A DNA stretch of 56,478 nucleotides from Patescibacteria group bacterium (GTDB taxonomy: Bacteria; Patescibacteriota; Microgenomatia; Daviesbacterales; UBA10151), in the NCBI GenBank assembly GCA_023379125.1, contig JAMCSY010000004.1, positions 1-56,478 of the forward strand, read 5' to 3'. The position numbers and the translations under genes were made by a program. Of the stretch, positions 1 through 10,700 are shown piece after piece (position 1 is the first letter of the stretch; every line of letters starts with the position of its first letter). A model generated the notes under the pieces. It was not told the DNA's origin. It ran no database searches and was given only the letters and a program-made list of their open reading frames with translations.

Positions 1-3000
1 AAGGAAACATTAGGAGCAGCTGGTGGTATGGGAGTGGGGGTAGCTGTAGGCAAGGGAGTAGGTGTGGGAGTAGCGGTGGGTAAAGGTGTGGGGGTTGGAG
101 TAGGTGTCGGTAATGGGGTTGGTGTAGCTGTAGGCAATGGCGTGGGTGTGGGTGTTGCTGTGGGCAATGGGGTTGGAGTTGGGGTGGGACAAATTGGTAC
201 ATTAAAGGTAGCTGATGGCCCATTAGTGCCGTTATAGAGTCTGACATAATAAGTAGTATTAGGTTGAGTTGTCAGTGCTCCACTCACACCTACAAAACCA
301 TTAAAGCCAACTGGGGCAGAAGTTGATGTTGTACCCACACTGACTCCTTTATGATAATAGCTAACAAAATTAGCAAATTGGGAAATATCCACCCAAGTTA
401 CAGGAGATGAGGGATTAACCCAAGAGATAGTCACTTCTGATCCTGAATAAGCTCCTGTCACACAAGATACAGTGGAAACTGTGGGAGCAGCAGCTGGAAT
501 TGGCGTTAGTGTAGCAGTGGGCAATGGCGTGGGCGTGGGCGTAGCGGTGGGTAAAGGTGTAGGAGTAGGTGTAGCAGTTGGTAAAGGAGTCGGGGTGGGA
601 GTAGCGGTGGGCAAAGGTGTAGGAGTGGGTGTTGGTGGAATAGGTGTGGCGGTTGGTGTGGGTGTGGGATTACCTCCTTGAGGGATAGGAGTAGGTGTTG
701 GGGTAGGAGTTGGAGCAGAACTGACAGTGAGATCACCAGAGGTAACTGTTGATGAACCAGCCGTGGCTTTAAAGTAATACTGAGATGATCCACCAGATTG
801 ATATTCTGCAACCCAAGAAGCAGTAGCTGTTCCTAGACTCATCGTCGAATCAGCTGGAGAATACTGAGCTTGAGTATCGCCTAAAATTCCACCTACTTTC
901 CAGACTTGCCAAGATATTGTTTGGCCACTACAGTTTGTACCACTAACTGTTAGGCCCACAGTATCGCCCTCAATCACATTAGATGCACCCCAGATAGGAT
1001 TTGATAAAGTACAAGTTGGTACAGGGGTAGGCGTAGGTGTAGGTGTACTATTGGGTGTAGTTGACTCTACTTTAATCGCTACATCATTGACTAGACTGGA
1101 CACTTGGATTGATAACGATCCAGAAGTAGGAGTCACTTGAGTTGATGACAGAATCTGGCCATTATATGGACTCCAAACTTCTACTTTATAAGTATCACCA
1201 AGAAGATTAGAAAGAGTGATCGTAGGAGATATCGCGGCTGGAGTTGAGCCTGAGTTATACCAAGTGTTATTGCGATTCTGCACCCAAAGATACTCAGCTT
1301 TCTTGTCAGCTCGTCTCATGGCAAATACCCGAGCACTAGGATCAGTGGCTGTAATAGTCTCTCCACTATAACTATTCGGCTTATCCGCAGTAGTCATTAA
1401 GTAAGTAAAGTGTGCCCCATCATAATCAACGCCATTAAAGAAGTTGCTGGCATATTTTTTCTCCACATATTTGTAGGTATTAACATATGAATCCTCTTGT
1501 TGCCAATACCAGTCAATCGGGCTAGTTCCTAGTGGTGAGAATAAACCTGCCCACAACTCATTGTGGATTGCTCTTCTACCACCCTCACCGGTAGTTCCTT
1601 GGGTGTTAGCTTGATTCCAGACAGTAGTCCCTACTCCAATTTCTCCCCAAACCCAAGGTTTTTGTGCTCCACTCCATGAGCTTCCATCACCAGCCAAACC
1701 ATTACAGTAAGCTGTATTGAGGTTTCTTAAACACCAAGCATAAGAATAAACAAAATTAGCGGCATCGTTTGTTAAGCTAGCCGGATAACGCGAACTCATC
1801 ATATAGTCATGATAGTTTGCTACATCCATTGCACCTGATGACCAAAAAGCAGCACTAGCGTTTTGCGATCCTTGAGAAGTAGTGCGATTATGCCGGTAAG
1901 GATCAGTTGCTGCTTGGTATGCGCCATAATTTTGATAAAAAGTATACAAGCTAGAGTTACTGGGAATATTGCCATGCTCGTTGTACATCTCCCAGTTCAA
2001 AACTGAAGTAGAATAACCCCAGCGAGCTATCCGGTAGCGAATATTTCTTTCCCAGCTTTTAAGTACCCAAGCTTGCGAGTAATCTGCAACATCAGGATTC
2101 ACTGGCCAAGTAAACCAAGGTCCAGAAACAGAGGCCAGCTGTATTTCAATCTTATTCTGCTGAGCGGAGGCAATGATTTTATCCAAGTCATAGGATGCCC
2201 ACTGATTGAAATAATTACCCAATGGTCTGGGAAGAGAAGAATTAGTATCAGGATCGTCATTAGTAATACCCTTTGCAAAATGTCGCTCTATATCACCATC
2301 AGACAAAACGTTGTATAGAATATTCCCATTAGCATCAGTTGGTCCCAGCACTACATCATCAATATAAGTTGAACCAGTCCCAGCTGTCTGTAGCAAATCC
2401 ACATGGACAATTTGATTCCCTGAACCTGGAGTAAAGCTAACTGCATATTGTGTCCAGCCAGTTGTCCCCGACACTCCCGTTGTTTGAGTCAGCACAGTTC
2501 CGCTACCAAAAAGGTCTCCACCTCTGACTTGTACTTGAGCAACTCCTCCACTCACACTATTGGTTGCTACCCAAGCTGTTAACTTATAAGTAGACGTTGG
2601 TGTAGCCAAAGCAACACGTTGATACCAGCCATTACCTGGTGTTGGGTTAGCACTTCTTAGCCCATCATGAACATTACTATTACCTGGGCCAACTTGAACA
2701 CCTTGTGCCTGACCAAACGTAGTATTTTGCTGCATCCAAACTGGCTGTGCTCCTTCCACACTAAGAGCAAAATCAGCCTGATCCCACACCCTCAACAAAT
2801 TCACCCCATTTGGCCCAAAAGTATTATTAAAGGTGTCTTCATAATCATAGGAACGAAGTGCTTGATTATTCCACCATTGATGACCAGAAGCGATAGGGAT
2901 AAACGGTGAACCACTGTCATAAGCAAAAAATCTGGGATCCTTGGTACTCTGATGCACAAAACCTTTATTACTAGATGAGATCGTATCAAATGACAGGGTA

Positions 3001-5174
3001 CCTGTTGTGGGATACCTAGTTGTACCATTTTTATCTTGAGTGGTGATGTAATACTGATAAGTGCCCACTTCAGCAGGAGCAAATCTCACATGCCAGCGTC
3101 CACTGTCTAAAGCCCCTAATACCTCTGCGTTAAGTCCCGTATCTCTAACCCGTAAATAATCTTGCATCCAAAATGCGGGCACAGTAATCGACTTGCCTGT
3201 TGGCGAGGTTAAATGCATATCTACCGATACTCCATCCACTCCATACCAACTCATATTAGAGGGATTCGCCGCAGCAGTGTCTGTTGAATCATAGAAGTAG
3301 TAAGGGTTGGCGTAGGTGCGTGACAAGTCAAAAGTCCACTCTACCTTATCGTATTGACCAAAAGTGTTCGAACTGGGAGCAGAAAGATTAGAGACTACAG
3401 GGCCAGCCCCAGTCGATTGAGACACAGTTAGATCGTTTGAGCGCAAACTCGAGCTTTGATAGACCGCATCAAAATGATAAACCGGATCACATGTTCCAAT
3501 AATACAGGCATTAAACCAAGCAGGAGTAGTCCAAGTTGTTGATGCTTGGGCTGCGCTATTAAACGCTGCTGTTAAAGTTGTAATATCCTGATCAGGCAAG
3601 CCTGTCACTGTCCGGCGTACATTAAAGGTTACAACTACACCGTTACAACCAGTATTACTACTCCCTGTGGTATTTAAGGTTACTGTTGAATTTTCTACTG
3701 CTGAGGTAGTGTTCCAAGCTGCTGTGACAATATTGCAGCTAGGTACAGGTGTCGGAGTAGCGGTTGGTGGTACTGGTGTGGCCGTTGCAGTTGGTCCAAC
3801 TGGAGTTGGAGTGGGTGTGCTAGTTGGTACGGCAGTAGTCGGAGTAGGTGTGGCTGTTGGTGGAACTGGTGTTGGTGTGGGGGTCGAGGTCGGGGCACCT
3901 GTTACTCCAATTGAGGTGTAATTAACAGCTAGGATTGGTGCGGCTGTTGTTGAACCATCATAAGAGGTAATATATTTTCTGGCATAAGCACTACCTGTTC
4001 CCTTGATAATTATGGAGATGCTGTTTCCGGGTACCCAATCAGCTCGATTTACAATCGCCTGAATGACTGAGGAAATATCATCTAGATTATAAGCGGTGCC
4101 TGCTGCCCAATTCACATTGTCAGAATGTGTCGCTACTTGAGTAGTGAGAGTTCTTTGTGAGGGTTTATTACTCGTGGAAAAAGTTGGTGAATTACCAATG
4201 TTTTCGCCTTGAATGGTATATGATAAATTTACCCATTGCGAGGAAGACGAAGTCACATTCAAATGCGCTGAGTTAATTGTGGCCCCCTGAGGGATAGACA
4301 CGTTATTAAACCTCAAACCAGTATAACTGGCTGTAGTAGAAGCACCTGTCCCTAACCAAGCAGTCGAAGAGGAGCTGTCAAAAGTTGTGCCATCTTCGGT
4401 GACGTCTCCTGCTGAAGCACTCACTTGAGCACTGACATCCACCCCTACTCCCCCAGCTGGCGGAGTTGGTGTGGGTGTAGGAATCGGTGTAGGCGTTGGT
4501 GTCGATGTTGGCGCTGGGACTGGAGTAGGAGTAGCTGTTGGGCCTGGTGTTGGTGTGGCTGATCCTGAAGCAATTGTCACTGTTAAATTAGTCACCTGAC
4601 CGGCGGTAGTTAACAACTCTGTTGGCGGATTGGCATCCTGGACTAGATTAGTATCAGTGGTTGCTCCAGGGGTATAGTTAAAATTAACAGAGGCTGAACC
4701 TGTGGCTAAAGATTGGAAAGTTAAATTAGCAATTTGAGCAGTACCATTAAAAGCTGAAGTGACGCTACTGTTGGCCCAATTAAAGGCAATTGCCCCAAAC
4801 TCAATAGTTCCATTCTGATTAGCATTAGTAATTACCTGAGCAGAATTGAAATTACCATTACTATCAACTGGGATCACAGTTGATAAGCTAGTACCACTGA
4901 CTGTAGGGGTGATGCTCACTAAAGATAGCTTGCTGGTATCAAAATTTAAGATCACATCAACTCCCCTGATCCCAACCCCATCAGTATTTATAGTAACTGG
5001 CACAGTAAAGTTTTGGCCTGGTGGGACAGCAACAGAGGCAGGCAGTGTAACTGAGGAATTAGCTCCCCCTGCTGCTTGAGCTTGATAGGAATTTCCAGCC
5101 ACCATGAACAAGAGCAGTCCCGTAACCAAGGCAATTGTTCTACTGATGTTTTTTAAAAGATTAACTATTTTCAT
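1..5174 (-). CDS. Giant secreted multidomain protein, partial (at least 1724 aa, C-terminus beyond base 1): signal peptide, cohesin-like domain, five Pro/Thr linkers, Cys-containing beta modules, GH5-like (cellulase superfamily) TIM barrel with an inserted CBM-like module
   Basis: ATG at 5174-5172. Hand translation of the minus frame gives [34 protein letters not shown]..., and every stretch I checked stays open down to base 1. The ORF track lists no ORF in this frame over 5 kb, as expected if it omits ORFs with no in-window stop. [11 protein letters not shown] (1971-2003) and [11 protein letters not shown] (about 1631-1665) resemble the GH5 acid/base NE and nucleophile E motifs. The N-terminal [44 protein letters not shown] is cohesin-like. 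Confidence 0.85.
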   Translation of the reverse strand, partial: MKIVNLLKNISRTIALVTGLLLFMVAGNSYQAQAAGGANSSVTLPASVAVPPGQNFTVPVTINTDGVGIRGVDVILNFDTSKLSLVSITPTVSGTSLSTVIPVDSNGNFNSAQVITNANQNGTIEFGAIAFNWANSSVTSAFNGTAQIANLTFQSLATGSASVNFNYTPGATTDTNLVQDANPPTELLTTAGQVTNLTVTIASGSATPTPGPTATPTPVPAPTSTPTPTPIPTPTPTPPAGGVGVDVSAQVSASAGDVTEDGTTFDSSSSTAWLGTGASTTASYTGLRFNNVSIPQGATINSAHLNVTSSSSQWVNLSYTIQGENIGNSPTFSTSNKPSQRTLTTQVATHSDNVNWAAGTAYNLDDISSVIQAIVNRADWVPGNSISIIIKGTGSAYARKYITSYDGSTTAAPILAVNYTSIGVTGAPTSTPTPTPVPPTATPTPTTAVPTSTPTPTPVGPTATATPVPPTATPTPVPSCNIVTAAWNTTSAVENSTVTLNTTGSSNTGCNGVVVTFNVRRTVTGLPDQDITTLTAAFNSAAQASTTWTTPAWFNACIIGTCDPVYHFDAVYQSSSLRSNDLTVSQSTGAGPVVSNLSAPSSNTFGQYDKVEWTFDLSRTYANPYYFYDSTDTAAANPSNMSWYGVDGVSVDMHLTSPTGKSITVPAFWMQDYLRVRDTGLNAEVLGALDSGRWHVRFAPAEVGTYQYYITTQDKNGTTRYPTTGTLSFDTISSSNKGFVHQSTKDPRFFAYDSGSPFIPIASGHQWWNNQALRSYDYEDTFNNTFGPNGVNLLRVWDQADFALSVEGAQPVWMQQNTTFGQAQGVQVGPGNSNVHDGLRSANPTPGNGWYQRVALATPTSTYKLTAWVATNSVSGGVAQVQVRGGDLFGSGTVLTQTTGVSGTTGWTQYAVSFTPGSGNQIVHVDLLQTAGTGSTYIDDVVLGPTDANGNILYNVLSDGDIERHFAKGITNDDPDTNSSLPRPLGNYFNQWASYDLDKIIASAQQNKIEIQLASVSGPWFTWPVNPDVADYSQAWVLKSWERNIRYRIARWGYSTSVLNWEMYNEHGNIPSNSSLYTFYQNYGAYQAATDPYRHNRTTSQGSQNASAAFWSSGAMDVANYHDYMMSSRYPASLTNDAANFVYSYAWCLRNLNTAYCNGLAGDGSSWSGAQKPWVWGEIGVGTTVWNQANTQGTTGEGGRRAIHNELWAGLFSPLGTSPIDWYWQQEDSYVNTYKYVEKKYASNFFNGVDYDGAHFTYLMTTADKPNSYSGETITATDPSARVFAMRRADKKAEYLWVQNRNNTWYNSGSTPAAISPTITLSNLLGDTYKVEVWSPYNGQILSSTQVTPTSGSLSIQVSSLVNDVAIKVESTTPNSTPTPTPTPVPTCTLSNPIWGASNVIEGDTVGLTVSGTNCSGQTISWQVWKVGGILGDTQAQYSPADSTMSLGTATASWVAEYQSGGSSQYYFKATAGSSTVTSGDLTVSSAPTPTPTPTPIPQGGNPTPTPTATPIPPTPTPTPLPTATPTPTPLPTATPTPTPLPTATPTPTPLPTATLTPIPAAAPTVSTVSCVTGAYSGSEVTISWVNPSSPVTWVDISQFANFVSYYHKGVSVGTTSTSAPVGFNGFVGVSGALTTQPNTTYYVRLYNGTNGPSATFNVPICPTPTPTPLPTATPTPTPLPTATPTPLPTPTPTPTPLPTATPTPTPLPTATPTPIPPAAPNVS
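25..195. repeat. Imperfect tandem repeat array encoding a Pro/Thr linker ([12 protein letters not shown]-like units) of the giant CDS
   Basis: Repeated ggtgt/ggagt/gtagc units. The 20-mer gtagcggtgggtaaaggtgt at 71-90 recurs at 541-560. Confidence 0.8.
505..712. repeat. Imperfect tandem repeat array encoding a Pro/Thr linker of the giant CDS
   Basis: Minus-frame translation reads [63 protein letters not shown]. It shares DNA units with 25-195. Confidence 0.8.
3741..3900. repeat. Low-complexity Pro/Thr linker-coding region of the giant CDS
   Basis: Minus-frame translation reads [53 protein letters not shown]. Confidence 0.75.
4455..4565. repeat. Low-complexity Pro/Thr linker-coding region of the giant CDS (between the cohesin-like domain and the next module)
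   Basis: Minus-frame translation reads [35 protein letters not shown]. Confidence 0.75.
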
Positions 5175-5218
5175 CGTGCAACAAGAATTTTAGTTCATTG
5201 CAAAGCAAGAGCTTTAGC

Positions 5219-7639
5219 TCATTCAATTTTTATCTGACTTGGATCAGTAACAATTATCTCTGGATCTTTACCCTCTGGCCAGTACAGAGTCACAAATCCA
5301 GTAATCCGAACTTTCTTCCCCTTCAAAGTCATTGGGTCATAAGAAAACTTCGGCAGATCCTGATTAAAGACCCTTACTAACAAAGCTCCATCATGCGAAT
5401 CAGTAAAGCCCAAGTAAATTGCTTTGGGCAAATGATTAACCGCTGAAGCAATTGTACCTACTACTGTAGCATATCTTCCCTCATACTTCGGTGCATCCTG
5501 ATAAGAAATCACGGGAACTGTTGACAAATCCAAAGGTGCCAATGATGTACCTAAAACCTGAGCCGTAGAACTTTGCGCAAGATTTTGCTGCGCTGGTGCT
5601 TGGCCTAAGGGATTACCGTTTTGCAAAGCGATAATACCTCCATCCCCAGTTTTAACAAGAACTAACCCCGCACTAGCAATTATATACGGAGTCGAGCCAC
5701 CATTATTACTGTTCCAGTACTCATAGAAACCTGGTGGATACGAACGCGAGTCACCATAAGAATAAAGCTCCTGGCTACAATATCTAGTTGTTCCATTAAA
5801 TGGACAATCTGACGGTCCATAAGTAGTACCTGATCCCCCTGGGTAGATTTGGGGATTACATTGAGTATTAGTAGTCGGACAATAAACTTGACGCCAAATA
5901 ACGTAAGGCGGGTAAGTTGTTCTAATCGGATTGCTCAAAGTGCTCCCATAAGCAGCACTACGATCAGTGATTGTCGCTCCTTGAGATGACAACCAATGAT
6001 TATGAAAAACACTATTCCCGATCATGGTCAATTGCATTTGCTCATCTGTTCTAATAATCAGTGTGCCGTTTGCCCAATTAGAAAAACTCACAAACCTGAC
6101 ATCACCAGCCTGATAACCAGAAGCAGTAGTATTATCAAGTTCCATCTCTCCTAAAGTAGAGTCTTCTCTCCCATCACAATAACCAGATCCACCCGGAGCT
6201 CCAGAACCAGCAGGATCACCACAGGCCAAAGCATTTCTAAAAACAACATAAGCTACTTCTTGACCACCCATATTAGCAACTACTGGCTGTGGGCCCATTG
6301 GCAAAGTGCCACCATCACCAGCTCCACCATTCCCCACATTAGCGATAAATGCTTGAGCACCAGTATCCAAACTAAGTGGGAACAAAGGCTGCTGGGTAGG
6401 ATTGCTTTGTAAGAAAGTTCTAATTGCTGAATTAGTCGTGGGGAAAGCTCCACCTGTGCCTGGTCCATTCCATAAAGTCTGCCATTCTAACCTATATCTG
6501 ACAAAAACTAAGCCATGTTGGTCAGCAATCACTGGCCAACCATTAACAGCTTCAGTTAAGTTGCTGGAAGGATCAGCAGTAGTGTAAGCTCTGGAAGTGG
6601 GCTTAACTCGCCATTTCCTTGAACCATCAGCAACATTAACAGCATGAACATAAAGATCTTGTGTCACATAAACAAGGACATTACGTGAAGGTGAATAAGC
6701 AGCTGGAGTCACTCCATTAGATCCACCGCTATATGTCCAAGTGCTTTGCATTGTTGAGGTATTGACGGCAATCAAATTACCATTGGCTGCAACTACATAA
6801 ATTGTGGAACCAACTATCGTTGGGGCTAGATTCAAAGCGCTACCAGCATTAAAAGTACCCGCAATTGAACCATTGGAAGCATTTAGTTTATACAAATTGT
6901 TATTACCAGAAGCCACATAAACATATCCGGAATTATAAGCGGCAGTCGCTGAAAGTGTCCCCAAAGAAGTATTCGACCAAGCCACACTTCCATTAGTTTG
7001 ATTAAGCGCATAAACCCCACCAGTTGCCACCACATAAACCAAACCATTACCTGTAATTGGTTGAACTAAATTAGGAATACTGATATGCCCTGATTGGGGC
7101 TGCCCATTAGCATCTGCTCCATTCCATTGCCATTTATACTGCCAGGGAGTTGCTACAGACTGCGCTGTGTAATTAGTATGTTGGGCATCATGACCAAATT
7201 GAGTCCACTCTCCAGAAGAAGAAATTGGGGTGGGAGTTGGTGTAACTGGATAATTATTAACAATATTAGCAAAGTCAAAAGAGTTTTCTTTACCATCTTG
7301 GTATTGGTCTAAGGTACCAGTTACTCCTGTTCCCCAGCTTTGCATTGCTAATTTAACATCACTACCATTAACGCTGCCATCATTATTCACATCACCATTA
7401 CCCAGAGTGGGAGCTGCCAGAGAAAAAGGTTTTTGAAAGATTAAAGAAAACAGTCTAGCTCTAAAGGGAAATAATATGGCTACTGCTAAAAACAGCACAA
7501 TACCTACAGCAGAGATAGAAGCAGCTATTTTAGTTTTTTGGTCTTGCTGATTATATAGCTCCTTTAGCTCAAGCTCATCAGCTCTCTCTTTGATTCCTTT
7601 AAAAATCCTGCCACCCATCTTTTGAATATTTCTTAACAT
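5219..7639 (-). CDS. Membrane-anchored dockerin-like plus PQQ/BamB-like beta-propeller repeat protein
   Basis: Track ORF 5219..7678, which starts on GTG. ATG at 7639 (MLRNIQKMGG...) aligns with the paralog N-terminus MPKSILKMGQ. TM segment KIAASISAVGIVLFLAVAILFPF. Duplicated Ca-loop motif DVNNDGSVNGSD ... DQYQDGKENSFD (nt 7253-7396). Repeated blades such as LVYVVATGGVYALNQTNGSVAWS and YVYVASGNNNLYKLNASNGSIAG. Confidence 0.8.
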   Translation of the reverse strand: MLRNIQKMGGRIFKGIKERADELELKELYNQQDQKTKIAASISAVGIVLFLAVAILFPFRARLFSLIFQKPFSLAAPTLGNGDVNNDGSVNGSDVKLAMQSWGTGVTGTLDQYQDGKENSFDFANIVNNYPVTPTPTPISSSGEWTQFGHDAQHTNYTAQSVATPWQYKWQWNGADANGQPQSGHISIPNLVQPITGNGLVYVVATGGVYALNQTNGSVAWSNTSLGTLSATAAYNSGYVYVASGNNNLYKLNASNGSIAGTFNAGSALNLAPTIVGSTIYVVAANGNLIAVNTSTMQSTWTYSGGSNGVTPAAYSPSRNVLVYVTQDLYVHAVNVADGSRKWRVKPTSRAYTTADPSSNLTEAVNGWPVIADQHGLVFVRYRLEWQTLWNGPGTGGAFPTTNSAIRTFLQSNPTQQPLFPLSLDTGAQAFIANVGNGGAGDGGTLPMGPQPVVANMGGQEVAYVVFRNALACGDPAGSGAPGGSGYCDGREDSTLGEMELDNTTASGYQAGDVRFVSFSNWANGTLIIRTDEQMQLTMIGNSVFHNHWLSSQGATITDRSAAYGSTLSNPIRTTYPPYVIWRQVYCPTTNTQCNPQIYPGGSGTTYGPSDCPFNGTTRYCSQELYSYGDSRSYPPGFYEYWNSNNGGSTPYIIASAGLVLVKTGDGGIIALQNGNPLGQAPAQQNLAQSSTAQVLGTSLAPLDLSTVPVISYQDAPKYEGRYATVVGTIASAVNHLPKAIYLGFTDSHDGALLVRVFNQDLPKFSYDPMTLKGKKVRITGFVTLYWPEGKDPEIIVTDPSQIKIE
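7252..7548. repeat. 297-bp block near-identical to 10654-10950 (encodes the TM anchor plus dockerin module)
   Basis: Base-by-base comparison at an offset of 3402 bp found one synonymous difference (7495 g vs 10897 a). Confidence 0.9.
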
Positions 7640-7780
7640 AATGCCATGCGAATGGTTTACGCCCCTCATAACACACACCCCAACTATCCCAACTAAGGCC
7701 TTAAGTTTAGGTTATATGTTCTTACAAAACCAGTCAATAGGCACAATCCTCTACCAGATAGAAATTAGATAAAAAAATAC

Positions 7781-10700
7781 TTACGAACCAATCCTGCCAT
7801 AATAAATACTGGTGTTAGTCAGACTCCCATTATTGGCAGCAAAAAAGATAAACTCAATCACCCCCGGTTGGTTAAAACCAACCGCTGACCATTTTACCGA
7901 AGGACTAGCATCAAAGCTGACTGTAGCTGAATGACTGGCAAACACCTGTGATGAAGCCCAACTTCCATCACTATTTCGCTTCTTTATACACATATCATCC
8001 ATTGAAGTACAGGAACTGTTCTGCGGATGACCATGCCCAATCAGGTAAATGCTACTCGATGAATTGATGGCAACGTTTGGATCGTGACTGTATGCTGGGA
8101 CCGCTTGGTCAGACCAACCACTTCCCGAATCAGTCACAAAATGGACATGTCCATAGTCACCAGTGGCATCATAATATTCAATGTAGGCAAGGTATTTAGT
8201 GCCACTGCTTGTAATAACTAATGCTGGGCCTTGATCAATATCTACCCCATTGGAAAGACTCGTCCAAACTTGGGCAGAATTAACTTGGCTGACACTTCCC
8301 CAGGTACCAGTTGCAGATTTAGTGCGCGCATAGATATTACCCGCTACCAGACTAGCTGAGCTATTAGGAGACACCCAAGCCACAGTCACTGAATTATCTG
8401 CCGGTGAAACAGCTAAAACTGGATGCCTGGCAATCCTACTCCCATCATCTATAAAAGTAGGACCAGCAGTCTGGGTCAAATTATCTGTGGAACTATTATA
8501 GCTAAAGGCACGATAAGTAATCCGATTACCAGTTGACCAGTAAGCCACTTGTAAAGTTCCGTTTTGATCAAACATCCCCGATAAGCCTGAGGTACCGAGT
8601 TGACTGGATACTTGAGTAGCATCTGTGGCCAGTGTTTTGGTAGCTTTAAAGGTGTTATTGGAAATATCGAAGGGATAATCTAGTACTTGGCCATTTTGTG
8701 TATTTACTAAAACATGGATGATATTACCACCGTTATAGGCGGCATCTACTGAAATCAGCGTTGTACCCAGAGATAATGAGGTGCTAGTAAAATCTGCAGA
8801 AGAAGAAGGGAAAGCAGCGCCAGTGGTACTGTAAACTTTAATTGTATTAAGAGTATCTGCTTGCCCCACAAATATATATAGTTTCCCATTATCAGCACGT
8901 AAGATTTGTCTTGGTACAACATCAGCAAAACCACTACCTACTACAAACTCAGCATTACTAACTGGAGAACTAGTTGGAGTGGGAGTTGGGGCTACTACCG
9001 TTGGAGTTGGTGTGAGTACAACACCACTATGCCGAAAAACCATTAAGTCTCCTCCATTCCCCTCTACTACCATTAAATTATCTGAAACGTAGGTATAGCG
9101 TGGTAAGAAACCAGCGCTATATGATGTTCCAGCAGTATTACCACTACCTATTTTCCAACCAGGTGGATCAGCTACCCCCCAATAGCTCCAAAAACCAGGT
9201 CCATTAAAATAACGCCCACCATCTGTCACATAATTCAAATTAGTGCAAGTAGTGTAGTGGGTTGTATTATTCTGATCTGTACAACTACTCTGCAAGGCTC
9301 TCATCACAGGAGGGAGATTACTAGTAGCAATTGGGCTGGAGTAAGTTAATCCTAAACTGGCTGAGCGATCAGTAATCCTCACTGCTGAACTAGCAGCCCA
9401 ATGGGCATCCAAAATCGTATTACCTGCTACTGTAATCGGAGTTTGCTCATCAGTAATATACGTATAACTATTGCCACCATATCCGTTATAATTACTCATC
9501 TTGATAAAACGCAAGTCTCCAGCTGATAGACCACTAATTGTGTTGTTGTTCAAAACCATTTCCCCCATATGTGAATCCCAACGAAAATCTGGTGGCGAGC
9601 TTTGGCCATTGCGGAAAGGCACATAAGCTACTTCTGAACCATCTGCATTTACCTTTACTACTGGCTGTGTACCCATTACACCAAAGCCATTGCTACTACC
9701 AGAGATCATATCTTCAGTACTGCCATATCCCACAGCTGGTATGAAGCTTGCTGCTCCAGTATCCAAACTCAAAGCAAACAAATTTTGATTCTGAGGATTA
9801 TTAGTTAGCCAAGTCCTGATCGTAGCAAAATCGTTAGGGAAAATATTATTCGTACTGGGATAGGCCTGCATGGCTGCTGGATCAAGCTGCATTCTAATTA
9901 AAACTATGCCGTTTTTCTCTGCAATGACTGGCCAAGCTCGATCAAATTGATTGCCTTGTGGAGTTCCTCCTAAAGTAATACCGGTTCCGGGTGAATTAGG
10001 TGTCGGCTTAATTCGCCATTTTTGACTACCGTTATTATTATTGACTGCTTGTACATATAAATCATTGGTGGCATAGATAATAATATCTCGTGAGAGAGAG
10101 TATGCCGGTGGTGTGGCTGTAGTTGAGCCTGATGTATATACCCAAGCAGCTGCCATATTACTAATCGCTACTTTATGTAATTTACCATCATCAGAAGTTA
10201 CATAAGCAAAACTGCCTACTATTAATATTGCTTTATTCAGGCCACTACCAGAATTATAAGTACCAGCAATACTACCAGTTGAACTATTAATTTTATATAA
10301 ATTCCCATCTGCCCCACCAGCCAAAACATAACCAGTTGTTGGATCATAAGCAGGTGCTGCATTGAAGCTAGTGTTAGTCACATGCCAACTTTCAGCTCCA
10401 GTGTTTTGATTTAAAGCATAAAGCCCCTGGGAGCCTGCTGGAACATAGATATTACCTCCACCATTGACTGTCCTGGCCTCATTTGGGGCATCATAAAAAT
10501 GATTTCCAGTCCCACCACTTGCATCTGGTCCATTCCAAGTCCACAATAATGTCCAGGGAGTTAGTGGATCAACTGGGCTAAAACCCGTTCTCTGTGCATC
10601 ATGGGCATCTTGGGTCCACTGTGTACTAGTAGTAGTGGTTGGAGTAGCAGAGAAATTATTAACAATATTAGCAAAGTCAAAAGAGTTTTCTTTACCATCT

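Noticed and set aside
25-712. Regularly spaced short repeats that could at first glance suggest a CRISPR array.
   Set aside because: The units are contiguous, imperfect and in-frame coding repeats (a PT linker). They have no unique spacers, and no cas genes are nearby.
10-811. Track ORFs 10..192(-), 28..237(+), 472..681(+) and 506..811(-), with VGVGV or PHPH low-complexity translations.
   Set aside because: They are off-frame or antisense readings of the Pro/Thr linker repeats inside the giant minus-strand CDS. The real frame is the one with codon first bases equal to 2 mod 3.
2073-5079. Track ORFs 2073..2318(+), 2667..2909(+), 2801..3082(-), 3667..3921(+), 3695..3898(-) and 4846..5079(+).
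   Set aside because: All are nested in, or antisense to, the giant CDS. Their translations are low-complexity or lack protein-like features.
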